Below are positions 23,484 through 31,177 of a DNA stretch of 46,960 bases, in pieces. Both the position numbers and the translations under genes were made by a program. The stretch spans positions 1 through 46,960 of IMG/VR virus record IMGVR_UViG_3300045988_180211, one strand, 5' to 3'. The stretch comes from a virus. The notes below the pieces were generated by a model, which was not told the DNA's origin, made no database searches, and saw nothing but the letters and a program-made list of their open reading frames with translations. Each line of letters starts with the position of its first letter. Positions within the stretch are counted from its first letter, which is position 1.

Positions 23484-24131
23484 TGGCCGGACGGGGCGAA
23501 AAGCCCGGACGACCGCCCCGAGGATCTTCACCTCAGTGACGGGCACGATCACGCCGGGCAAGCCGTCGGCCATGACGATCTTTCGGCCGACGATGTCCAC
23601 CCCGATCTTTCTCAAGATGACATTCCCCGCCGCTTCCACTACGAAAAACCCGGCGCGAACCGCGGCTTGATCTAGATCAATCAAAAGCACGTCCCCGGGG
23701 AAAAAGCGCGGCGCCATAGTCTCATCAGAGACTAGGAAGACCGCTAGGTTTTTCGGCAGGCCGGCGGACAAGCGCGGGTCAAGCAAAAAAGTTTCTCCAG
23801 CCTCCGCGGAAAGCAGCGGGGCGGCTGATGGTGCAAGTGGCGCGGCGGGCGAAGGAGGCGGGACGCCGGACGCTTCGGGCGGGACGGCGGCGGCGTGCGG
23901 CGCGTTCATCCACCCCGCGGGGAGCCCAAAGGCCTTTTCGATCTCTTTACAAAGCGCGCCGCCGGGCGCTCTGACTGACCCACTCCTGTTTTTCGTGCCT
24001 TGGAGGATCTGGTAAAGATAGGGATCCGCGCGGCGGCGTCCCAAGCGCGCATTTAGGTCTGCTACAGTGTAACACCCCGCCGCGATAGTCCGAAGATTCT
24101 CTATCCTTATCTCTGCTAAGCTAGACCGCAT
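23481..24131 (-). CDS. CI-like repressor: N-terminal HTH, Pro/Ala linker, C-terminal S24 (LexA-like) domain with Thr at the nucleophile position
   Basis: FLVSDETMAPRFFPGDVLLID corresponds to gDSMeP.i..GD...vD, with Lys175 in VILRKIG 37 residues later. The N-terminus ends in FGLPAGWM. SD AGGGGGG is present. Confidence 0.85.
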   Translation of the reverse strand: MRSSLAEIRIENLRTIAAGCYTVADLNARLGRRRADPYLYQILQGTKNRSGSVRAPGGALCKEIEKAFGLPAGWMNAPHAAAVPPEASGVPPPSPAAPLAPSAAPLLSAEAGETFLLDPRLSAGLPKNLAVFLVSDETMAPRFFPGDVLLIDLDQAAVRAGFFVVEAAGNVILRKIGVDIVGRKIVMADGLPGVIVPVTEVKILGAVVRAFRPVRP

Positions 24132-24169
24132 GCGATACCCCCCTTTTTTGGCAAAAAAAAGCTAAAAAA

Positions 24170-24184
24170 GTTACGCTAGGTAAT
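24170..24184. promoter_or_regulatory. Candidate operator GTTACGCTAGGTAAT (GTTAC-N5-GTAAY)
   Basis: Lies 39 nt upstream of the repressor ATG. It contains the reverse complement of CTAGCGTAAC, which also occurs at 9215-9224. Confidence 0.45.
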
Positions 24185-24261
24185 TCTTTACCCCCCTGTT
24201 CTAAAAAGGCCCTTTATAAAAAAAGTAAAGAAAGGGACGGTTTGAAAAAGGGGGGTTTGGG

Positions 24262-24276
24262 GTTACTTAGCGTAAC
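24262..24276. promoter_or_regulatory. Candidate operator GTTACTTAGCGTAAC (GTTAC-N5-GTAAC)
   Basis: 15-bp site with perfect 5-bp inverted arms. It shares TAGCGTAAC with the other two copies. Confidence 0.45.
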
Positions 24277-24865
24277 GCCATTAAAAGCGCAAGCATAGCG
24301 CAGATTTTGCGCTTTTTGCGCGCTTTTAGCTGAAATTTTTATGCCGTCCACCCCCCGACGGCGGTGGAAAAAGGTCGGCGGCGCGCGCCCAGACCGCCAA
24401 AAGCCGAAAAATTTCGAGCTGACGCCCCCGGCAAAGACCGCCGCCGCAGGCACCGGATGGGGGAACTCCTTGGGGAACAGTGCATTTTTATCCTTTAAAA
24501 TCAACACACTTGCTTTTCCTGCACGAAAAAGACAGTTGGCAAGCGGCGTCGCCGCCGCCCCTGGTGGGAGGTGCCGCCCGCCGCCAGTCCCGCCCCGCCC
24601 GGCGCTTCGGCCACCGCCACTGCCGCCACTGCCGCCCCGCCCGTTGCCGGGCAGGGTGCAGGCGAAGGCCGTGCCGGCTTGAAAAACTGGGGTCCGCATC
24701 GGTTCGGATTTAGCCGAAGGGCCCCCGGGGGCCCCATTTTCCCCTCGCTTCGCTCGGGGTGGTCGACCGAATCCCGCGCAAATTTTCAAGCTCAAATCAA
24801 CTTTAGATTTCCAAAGTTCTTTTGCGCGCCGTGGTACAGTTCGCCCATAGCAGCAGGAACCGACG

Positions 24866-25102
24866 ATGAAGCACGACGTAAACGACGAAGGTCGGCGCAT
24901 TGGGGAAGGCCACCCGAGGGCGAGGTATTCGGACGAGACGGTCGAGCAGATTCTGAGGGCGAACGAAGCTGGGGTGACCAGTCAATCGATTTCGCTGGTG
25001 CTGGGAATTCCGGCCTCAACGGTGAGGTCGATTGTGAACGGGCAAGCGCGTCGGCAGGAACCGACGGTGTGGAGGAAGCGATGCCGCAGAAGCGACCGGT
25101 GA
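24866..25102 (+). CDS. Small HTH DNA-binding protein (first early-right gene)
   Basis: GEGHPRARYSDETVEQILRANEAGVTSQSISLVLGIPASTVRSIVNG matches the G..HP.A.l.de.V..IR......s...ia...gvs...v..I pattern. SD AGGAA is present. Confidence 0.65.
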   Translation: MKHDVNDEGRRIGEGHPRARYSDETVEQILRANEAGVTSQSISLVLGIPASTVRSIVNGQARRQEPTVWRKRCRRSDR

Positions 25103-25629
25103 AGGAGGCATTAACGGCCGCCGTCAAAGCCAAGCGCAAAGTGGCAAAGCGGGACGAAGCGCCGAAAGCCGCCGCGGTGGTCGTATCGCAATCGAGCGAG
25201 CAGTTTGAGGTGATGATGCCGGACCTGTTTGCCGCATTGCGTGACGGCCTTTCGGTCTCCAAGGTCGCCAGGCAGTTGGGCGTTTCAGCCGGTCAGCTCC
25301 GCAGCTATGCGTGGCGGCATCACCGTGACGAGTACGAGCAGGCACAGAGGGACAGCGCGGACATCCTGGCCGAGAAGGCACTGGAGTCAGCGGCTGAAGC
25401 CCACCTGCAAGAGGACGTGATTGAGACGACTTACGCGGATGGGAGCGTGACGACGGCGGTAAAACGCTTCGACAACGTGCCCCGCTCGAAAGTCGCCGCC
25501 GACACGCTCTTAAAGCTCGCCGCGGCGAAGGACCCCGAACGATATGGGTCAAAGGCGGCGTCTACCGACTCTACGGCGATAGCGGGTGAAATTGCCGCCG
25601 CTCGCCGTCGGGTGACGCAGTCCTCCTAG
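25081..25629 (+). CDS. HTH protein resembling terminase small subunits (TerS-like)
   Basis: ATG at 25081 with SD GGAGGAAG. LSVSKVARQLGVSAGQLRSYAW...EYEQAQRDSADILAEKALE...KVAADTLLKLAAAKDPERYG matches a common TerS pattern from memory. The upstream part of track ORF 24571.. is low-complexity and overlaps the 24866 gene. Confidence 0.5.
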   Translation: MPQKRPVKEALTAAVKAKRKVAKRDEAPKAAAVVVSQSSEQFEVMMPDLFAALRDGLSVSKVARQLGVSAGQLRSYAWRHHRDEYEQAQRDSADILAEKALESAAEAHLQEDVIETTYADGSVTTAVKRFDNVPRSKVAADTLLKLAAAKDPERYGSKAASTDSTAIAGEIAAARRRVTQSS

Positions 25630-25785
25630 GTTTGAGGGGTTGTGGAAGAACGTGCCTCCCCGGGGCACGCAAAAATCCGGGACCAAATTCTGAAGCCGGT
25701 GGTCATGGCCGCCGACCTTGGTAGCGCAATGCCCGACGAACTGATAACCGTTGAGTTTTCGTTCCTCCTATTTCGCGGCATACGA

Positions 25786-25820
25786 GCCCTCACGGAGTAA
25801 ATTCCGTGGGGGCTTTTTTT
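25786..25820 (+). terminator. Rho-independent terminator after the TerS-like gene
   Basis: gccctcacgg-agtaaatt-ccgtgggggc is a 10-bp stem with one G-U pair, followed by T7. Confidence 0.8.
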
Positions 25821-25874
25821 ATCGAGAGAAATATACGTGTTTATTCGCTATTGATACTTTTAAGCGGTACTGTG

Positions 25875-25902
25875 TTGACTTTAGGCGCTACGACGCTATA
25901 AT
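25875..25902 (+). promoter_or_regulatory. Strong sigma70-type promoter of the HTH/primase operon
   Basis: TTGACT-16 nt-TATAAT with an AT-rich upstream region. It is flanked by GGCGCTA (25884-25890) and TAGCGC (25911-25916). Confidence 0.7.
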
Positions 25903-25943
25903 CCGCCGTATAGCGCATTAGATGCGCCTAATAGGAGTCACAC

Positions 25944-26192
25944 ATGACGATTTATCAATTCAGCGCCAAAGAACTTATCGCCCTGCTCAGAGAGTACGGG
26001 GTTACCCAGCAGGAGATTGCCCGGCAGACCGGGCTTAACATCTCCACCGTTAATCGTGCTTCCACCGGGGAACAGAAGCCCCGCGAGGCCTCCGTGGACA
26101 AGCTCATTGAGCTGGCCAAGCACAAGTCAAGCAAGATGTCCGCTCTGCGCGATGACCTCATTGCCATGATTGACGGCTGGGAGGTTGCGTGA
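25944..26192 (+). CDS. XRE/Cro-type HTH protein
   Basis: LLREYGVTQQEIARQTGLNISTVNRASTG. SD GGAG is present. Confidence 0.75.
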   Translation: MTIYQFSAKELIALLREYGVTQQEIARQTGLNISTVNRASTGEQKPREASVDKLIELAKHKSSKMSALRDDLIAMIDGWEVA

Positions 26193-28549
26193 TGACGACG
26201 TCTTTCATTCGCACCGTCGGCGCGGAGCTCGCCGAGAGCGGCTATCTCGTGTGCGCCATTACCCCCGGGGAGAAGCGCCCCATGGGCAAGGCGTGGGCCG
26301 AGCATCCGCTCACCCGTGAGCAGTGCGCAGCGTTTTCGACGCAGGCCGCCGGAGTGGGCATCATCTGCGGCAAGGGGGCAACCCCCGTGTACGCCATTGA
26401 CGTTGACGTCATGGGCGACGTCGAGTGCTCCGACGCTCTGCGTTGCGCCGTCGCCACTGAGCTTGGCCTTAAGGCCGAGGACATGGTTGTGCGCGTCGGC
26501 AATGCGCCGAAATTCCTGGTGCCCGTCCGAGGGGACGCCGCCGGGTGGCGCAAGCTGACGTCGCCGTGGTACGAGAAAAACGCCGTGCGGAGCCGCATTG
26601 AGTTCTTGGGGGACGGCCAGCAGTTCGTCGCGGCGGCGATCCACCCGACGACGAACCGCCCCTACGATTGGGAAGGCGCGGCGCCGATGATAAACACCGT
26701 GCTCGATCCCGTGGATTTTTTGCCGCTCGTCTCGTACGAGATGGCAAAGGGGATTGTCGAAGCGTGCTGTCGCGTCCTTGAGGCCCATGGTTGGGCGGAG
26801 GCGGACGGCGGCTCTACGGTGCAGGGGACGGACGACGCGCTGATGGCGGAGATGATGCCCCAGCACCCGATGGGCGCGAGCATTGCCGAAGCCCGTACGT
26901 GGCTTGATGGCTTCCCCGGGAAGGACGACTACGACGTATGGCTTCGCGTCGGTATGGCGCTGAACCACGAGTTCGGCAATCGCCCTGAGGCCGAGGAGGC
27001 GCTTGACCTGTGGGACGAGTGGAGCCGAGACGCAAAGAGCTACAAAGGGCGGCAGGACCTGGAGTATCGCTGGCGCGGGTTTGCCCAACGCACCCGCCGT
27101 TCGGTCACCTGCCGGTGGTTGAAAAGCGAGTGGCAGAAGCGAACCTATGACAAAGCCCGCGAGTTTACGGAAGAGGGGCGCGTCGCCCGCTTTTCCGAGT
27201 ATTTTCGCGGCTCCGTGCGCTACGCCGTAGACGAAGGCTGCTGGTACCAATACGACGGTCTGCGGTGGGTGCGGTTGTCCGCCGTCGGCAGCACGGCGCT
27301 TGCCGCCTACGTTTGCGACGATTTGCTTCGCGTGGATATCGGGGAGGCGGCCAAGGACGGAAGTATGGGCAAGGAGGAGTACGCCGCCATGCAGAATTTT
27401 TACAAGCGCCTTCAGCAATCCGGCAGAGCCGAGCGCATTGCGCTCTCAGCGAGAAAGAACGCCAATCTGTGGATCAACGGGTCGGAGTTCAACTCTCAGC
27501 CCAGATATCTTGGCGTGCGAAATGGTGTTGTGGACCTTGAGACGGGCGGGCTTGTGGAGCCGTCGCCCCAGCAGCTGGTGAGCCTTCAGATGGGCACCCG
27601 CTTTGAGGCCGGCGCGGACTGCCCGGTGTTCAAGCGGACGATCAGCGAGGTGTTCTTTGGAGACACCGCTATGGTCGATTACGCGCAGCGCCTTTTCGGC
27701 TACGCGCTTCTTGGGGAGCCCGTGCGGGAGATCATGGCGATTTTCCATGGCAATGGGTGCAACGGCAAGTCGACGATCGTCAACGTCATGCGTGACCTCT
27801 TTGGCGAGTATGGGCATACGGCAAGCGCGGAGCTGATGACAAGCGTCGGCTCCAGCCGCTCCAATGTCGGCGGCGCCCGAGCCGACTTGATCGCGTTGAA
27901 GCACAAGCGACTGGTGGTGATGTCGGAAATCGATCAGCGTGCCCGCCTGCAGGAGTCGGCGATGAAGGCGTTGGTGTCTCAGGATGAGATCAGCGCCCGT
28001 GGCCTGTACCAGGCGGAGGTATCAACCTTCCGTCCGTCGTGGGTGGCGGTGATGCTCACGAACTACCTGCCGCGCATCGATGGCGGTGACGATGGGGTGT
28101 GGCGGCGCATTCACGCGGTGCCGTTTGACCGCAACTTCGACAAAGACACCGCGGTGAAGAAGGATGTGAACCGCTCCCTTGAGCTGAGGAAGGAGTTGCC
28201 CGGCATCCTCAACTGGGTGCTTGAAGGCGTCAAGAAATACCGCGAGAAGGGGCTCGATAGGCCTGAGCGCGTGCAGAGGGAGTCGGAGGAGTACAAGCGC
28301 GACAGCGACATCCTGGCCGATTGGATCGATGAGCGGTGCGACCTGCGCGAGGACGCACGCACTCCGACCTCTACGGCCTGGACTTCGTGGGATCAGTACT
28401 CCCAGGCAAACGGCGTCAGCCACGCAATCAGCGACAAGACGAAGCTCACGAAGGCGCTAAAGCGCAAAGGGATTGCCTGCCGCGCTTGCCGCATCGACGG
28501 GCGCATTGTGAAGTGCTACATCGGCCTTTCTTTGGGCGGCGAGTTCTAA
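26192..28549 (+). CDS. Primase-helicase: prim-pol N-domain, PriCT-2-like, D5_N-like, P4/D5 SF3 helicase C-domain
   Basis: GVGIICGKGATPVYAIDVDV; DYDVWLRVGMALNHEFG; Walker A GNGCNGKST; Walker B LVVMSEID. The start ATG overlaps the upstream TGA. Confidence 0.9.
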   Translation: MTTSFIRTVGAELAESGYLVCAITPGEKRPMGKAWAEHPLTREQCAAFSTQAAGVGIICGKGATPVYAIDVDVMGDVECSDALRCAVATELGLKAEDMVVRVGNAPKFLVPVRGDAAGWRKLTSPWYEKNAVRSRIEFLGDGQQFVAAAIHPTTNRPYDWEGAAPMINTVLDPVDFLPLVSYEMAKGIVEACCRVLEAHGWAEADGGSTVQGTDDALMAEMMPQHPMGASIAEARTWLDGFPGKDDYDVWLRVGMALNHEFGNRPEAEEALDLWDEWSRDAKSYKGRQDLEYRWRGFAQRTRRSVTCRWLKSEWQKRTYDKAREFTEEGRVARFSEYFRGSVRYAVDEGCWYQYDGLRWVRLSAVGSTALAAYVCDDLLRVDIGEAAKDGSMGKEEYAAMQNFYKRLQQSGRAERIALSARKNANLWINGSEFNSQPRYLGVRNGVVDLETGGLVEPSPQQLVSLQMGTRFEAGADCPVFKRTISEVFFGDTAMVDYAQRLFGYALLGEPVREIMAIFHGNGCNGKSTIVNVMRDLFGEYGHTASAELMTSVGSSRSNVGGARADLIALKHKRLVVMSEIDQRARLQESAMKALVSQDEISARGLYQAEVSTFRPSWVAVMLTNYLPRIDGGDDGVWRRIHAVPFDRNFDKDTAVKKDVNRSLELRKELPGILNWVLEGVKKYREKGLDRPERVQRESEEYKRDSDILADWIDERCDLREDARTPTSTAWTSWDQYSQANGVSHAISDKTKLTKALKRKGIACRACRIDGRIVKCYIGLSLGGEF

Positions 28550-28572
28550 CGGGACAACGAGGAGGACGAGGA

Positions 28573-28758
28573 ATGAAGGAGTGCTACTTCGACCCCGCAA
28601 TGCAAGCGCACCGCGTACGCATGCGGCGTGTCTACAGAATTCAGGCCAGACGGGATTTTTTCAAAAAACACCGAGCACTGATTTTCCTTGCCGCTGCGGC
28701 CGTGGTCGGCGTTCTGTCGCTGGCGGCATGGAGGATTTGCGAATGGTTGAACGTGTAG
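28573..28758 (+). CDS. Small membrane protein (61 aa, C-terminal TMD)
   Basis: SD GGAGGACGAGGA is present. The TMD reads ALIFLAAAAVVGVLSLAAW. Confidence 0.5.
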   Translation: MKECYFDPAMQAHRVRMRRVYRIQARRDFFKKHRALIFLAAAAVVGVLSLAAWRICEWLNV

Positions 28759-28814
28759 TCGACCAAGTCGTCCGACCGGCGCGCTATGCCATTGACTTCG
28801 GTTGCTACCGCTTG

Positions 28815-28878
28815 TTTGACGATTGACGCACTACGCCCGTAGGAAACTGCCTCCCAAGTTTAGTTGGGGGGCTTTTTT
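28815..28878 (+). promoter_or_regulatory. Conserved motif TTTGACGATTGAC-N16-AAACTGC followed by a terminator hairpin plus T6 abutting the terL ATG (copy A)
   Basis: The motif spans 28815-28850. The hairpin is gcctcccaa-gtttag-ttggggggc (28849-28872), followed by T6 (28873-28878) and the ATG at 28879. Confidence 0.6.
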
Positions 28879-30426
28879 ATGGACAGACGAACCGCGCAGG
28901 AATTGGCGGAAGATTTGGCGGCGTGCTACGACGATCCGCTTCGGTTCGTCCTGTGGGCGTTCCCTTGGGGCGAACGCCCGGAAACTTCTCTCGTGAGGCT
29001 TCCCGACAAGTGGCGGGCGCAGTATCCAAACTGCGAGTACGGTCCGGACGTATGGGTGTGCGAGCTTCTTGAGGACATCGGTCGCAAAGTGCGCGCCCGC
29101 AGTTTTGACGGCCGCCACGCGGTCGATCCCATCCGCATGGCGGTGGCGTCAGGCCACGGCATTGGCAAGAGTTGCCTCACGGCGATGCTCGTTTGCTGGA
29201 TCATGGCGACGAGGCCGAACTGTAAGGGCGTTGTGACGGCAAACACCGCGTCTCAGCTCGAAACGAAAACGTGGGCTGAAATCACGAAGTGGATGAAGCG
29301 CTCCGTCGTCCGAGAGCTTTTCGAATGCCAATCGACGTCCATCACCTCCAAGGAGTCCCCCGAGACGTGGCGTGTTGACGCGCTCACCTGCCGAGAGGAA
29401 AACGCGGAATCTTTTGCCGGCTTGCACGCCGCAAGCTCAACGCCGTTCTACATCTTCGACGAAGCCTCGGCAATCCCGGAAGCTGTGTACGACGTGGCCG
29501 AAGGCGGCCTCACTGACGGTGAGCCGATGATGTTTCTTTTCGGAAACCCGACGCGAAACTCAGGCCGCTTCTTCGAATGCTTCCACAAACGAAAGAAATA
29601 CTGGGATACCCGCACGATCGACAGCCGCTCGGTGGCGATTACGAACAAGGAGCAGATCGCGAAGTGGGCCGAGGAATACGGCCAAGACAGCGACTTCTTC
29701 AAGGTGCGCGTCAAGGGTGAATTCCCGAGTCAAGGCTCGGACCAGTTCATTCCGGCGGAACGGGTTCGCGCGGCCATTGCCCGCGGCGCGCCTTCGACGA
29801 ACTCGGCTACCTGCGCGGTAGTGGGGGTGGACGTGGCGCGCTTTGGCGATGACGACACCGTGATCGTGACGCGTATCGGGCGGGACGCGGCCTCAATTCC
29901 TTTGCGCAGATACCACGGCCTTGACACGGTGCAGGTTGTAGGCAAGGTCAAGGAGCATGTGGCGATGCTCAGAAAGACGATGGGCGTGCCGCGCGTGCAC
30001 GTTTTCGTTGACGAAGGCGGCGTTGGTGGCGGCCCCGTGGACATTCTCAAAAGTGACGGCTTCCCGGTGCGGGGCGTCAACTTTGCCCAGTCTCCCGACG
30101 ACAAGGACAAGTTCCCCGGAAAGCGCGAGGAGATGTGGGATCGCATGTCCGAGTGGCTCAAGGAAGGGTCTATTCCGGACGACAAGGAACTGGCTGAGGA
30201 CTTGGTATCCCCAACGTACCAATTTGACGTTCAGGGGCGCCGAAAGCTCGAGAGCAAGAAGGACATGAAAAAGCGCGGGCTTCGCTCGCCCGATGCCGCG
30301 GACGCCTTGGCGCTCACTTTTTCTTATCGGGTGAACGAATACGCCGGCGAGTACAGCGGGCGGCGAGAGAGCCGCATTGCTGTGGGCCGACGCGAGTTCA
30401 ACCCTTTTGCAAGGTATATGCGATGA
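28879..30426 (+). CDS. terL: Terminase large subunit
   Basis: Walker A VASGHGIGKSC; Walker B FYIFDEAS; nuclease motifs VGVDVARFGDDDTV and FVDEGGVG...SPDAADAL. The true ATG is at 28879; the track start at 28864 is a TTG inside the hairpin. Confidence 0.92.
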   Translation: MDRRTAQELAEDLAACYDDPLRFVLWAFPWGERPETSLVRLPDKWRAQYPNCEYGPDVWVCELLEDIGRKVRARSFDGRHAVDPIRMAVASGHGIGKSCLTAMLVCWIMATRPNCKGVVTANTASQLETKTWAEITKWMKRSVVRELFECQSTSITSKESPETWRVDALTCREENAESFAGLHAASSTPFYIFDEASAIPEAVYDVAEGGLTDGEPMMFLFGNPTRNSGRFFECFHKRKKYWDTRTIDSRSVAITNKEQIAKWAEEYGQDSDFFKVRVKGEFPSQGSDQFIPAERVRAAIARGAPSTNSATCAVVGVDVARFGDDDTVIVTRIGRDAASIPLRRYHGLDTVQVVGKVKEHVAMLRKTMGVPRVHVFVDEGGVGGGPVDILKSDGFPVRGVNFAQSPDDKDKFPGKREEMWDRMSEWLKEGSIPDDKELAEDLVSPTYQFDVQGRRKLESKKDMKKRGLRSPDAADALALTFSYRVNEYAGEYSGRRESRIAVGRREFNPFARYMR

Positions 30427-30872
30427 CGAAGGAAAACTTTCCGGTGACGGATGATTCCAACCGCATGGGGGCGGTATCCGAGGCTTGGTCGAAGCGCGTC
30501 TATGAGCTTGGTGAGTGGATGGAATCGACGGGCGAAACTGTCGATCTTCCGATTGAGCAGCACTTGCACGCCGGCATGTATTCGCGAACGGTAATGCAAC
30601 CCGCGGGCATTTTGTGCACGGCGGTGATGGTTCGGGTGCCCACACAGCTGATCGTCCACGGCAAGTGCCGGATCTTCTGCGATGGGGCGTTCTTTGACAT
30701 CGATGGTCATCGGGTGCTTGAAGGGCTGCCTGGGCGGCAGATCATCGTGTACACGATCGAAGACACGTGGGGAACGATGTGCTTTGGCACAAAGGCCACA
30801 ACGATCGAGGAAGCGGAAAAGGAATTCGCAGGTGATGCGTATCGCCTGCTTTCAACACACAGGAGTGAATAA
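30423..30872 (+). CDS. Hypothetical protein downstream of terL
   Basis: ATGA overlap with terL. Beta-rich sequence (HLHAGMYSRTVMQPAGILCTAVMVRV). Confidence 0.6.
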   Translation: MTKENFPVTDDSNRMGAVSEAWSKRVYELGEWMESTGETVDLPIEQHLHAGMYSRTVMQPAGILCTAVMVRVPTQLIVHGKCRIFCDGAFFDIDGHRVLEGLPGRQIIVYTIEDTWGTMCFGTKATTIEEAEKEFAGDAYRLLSTHRSE

Positions 30873-31177
30873 TGTCGGCAGTGTATACGGCGATGGCCGT
30901 CTTGTCGTTTGCTGGATCCGTTTATTCCGCAAATAAGACGTCGAAGGCGACGATGAAGGCGGCGCAGATGCAGAACGAGGCATCGAAGGACGCGCTTCGT
31001 CAGCAACAGCAGGAGATGAACCAAACCAATCAGCGCCATGCGGATACGGAATCGATTCTCGAAGGGAACACCTCGGGCGATGTGCCGGCAACGATGCTGA
31101 CCCCCGGTGGGGCCACGATGAGCTTGGATGACTTGATTCTCGGCCGTGGTACGTCGCTTTTGGGAGGCCGTCAATGA
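30872..31177 (+). CDS. Small hypothetical virion-module protein
   Basis: SD AGGAG is present. N-terminal hydrophobic segment. The C-terminal ..LLGG motif is shared with 31713..32084. Confidence 0.55.
   Translation: MSAVYTAMAVLSFAGSVYSANKTSKATMKAAQMQNEASKDALRQQQQEMNQTNQRHADTESILEGNTSGDVPATMLTPGGATMSLDDLILGRGTSLLGGRQ

Noticed and set aside
24577-24600. Minus-strand G-tract run GGGCGGGGCGGGACTGGCGGCGGG as a G-quadruplex element
   Set aside because: It fits a loose G4 pattern, but such runs are expected in a segment with more than 75% GC. There is nothing else to support function.
24214-24900. ORFs in the cI/early-right spacer: 24214..24900 (-), 24341..24682 (+) and the N-terminal 170 codons of 24571..25629 (+). 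Also a 49-codon minus-strand ORF starting near 24488 with an AAGGA SD.
   Set aside because: The translations are Pro/Ala/Gly/Arg low-complexity strings, as expected from very GC-rich DNA, and they overlap one another. There is no supporting motif. The region is treated as non-coding but flagged as unexplained.
25955-27418. 487-aa minus-strand ORF antisense to the primase-helicase. The same applies to 31985..33241, 34778..35656, 38680..39309, 40069..41259, 41144..42040, 43668..45068 and 45492..46805 on the minus strand.
   Set aside because: They lie antisense to well-supported structural and replication genes. They have no SD and junk-like composition, rich in Arg, Leu, His and Pro.
28743-28826. 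27-codon micro-ORF (MVERVVDQVVRPARYAIDFGCYRLFDD) with a good SD (GGAGGA, 7 nt). Its stop lies inside the TTTGACGATTGAC motif.
   Set aside because: It is too short to support from sequence alone and overlaps the end of the 61-aa gene. It could be real, for example a leader peptide, but I have no evidence beyond the SD.
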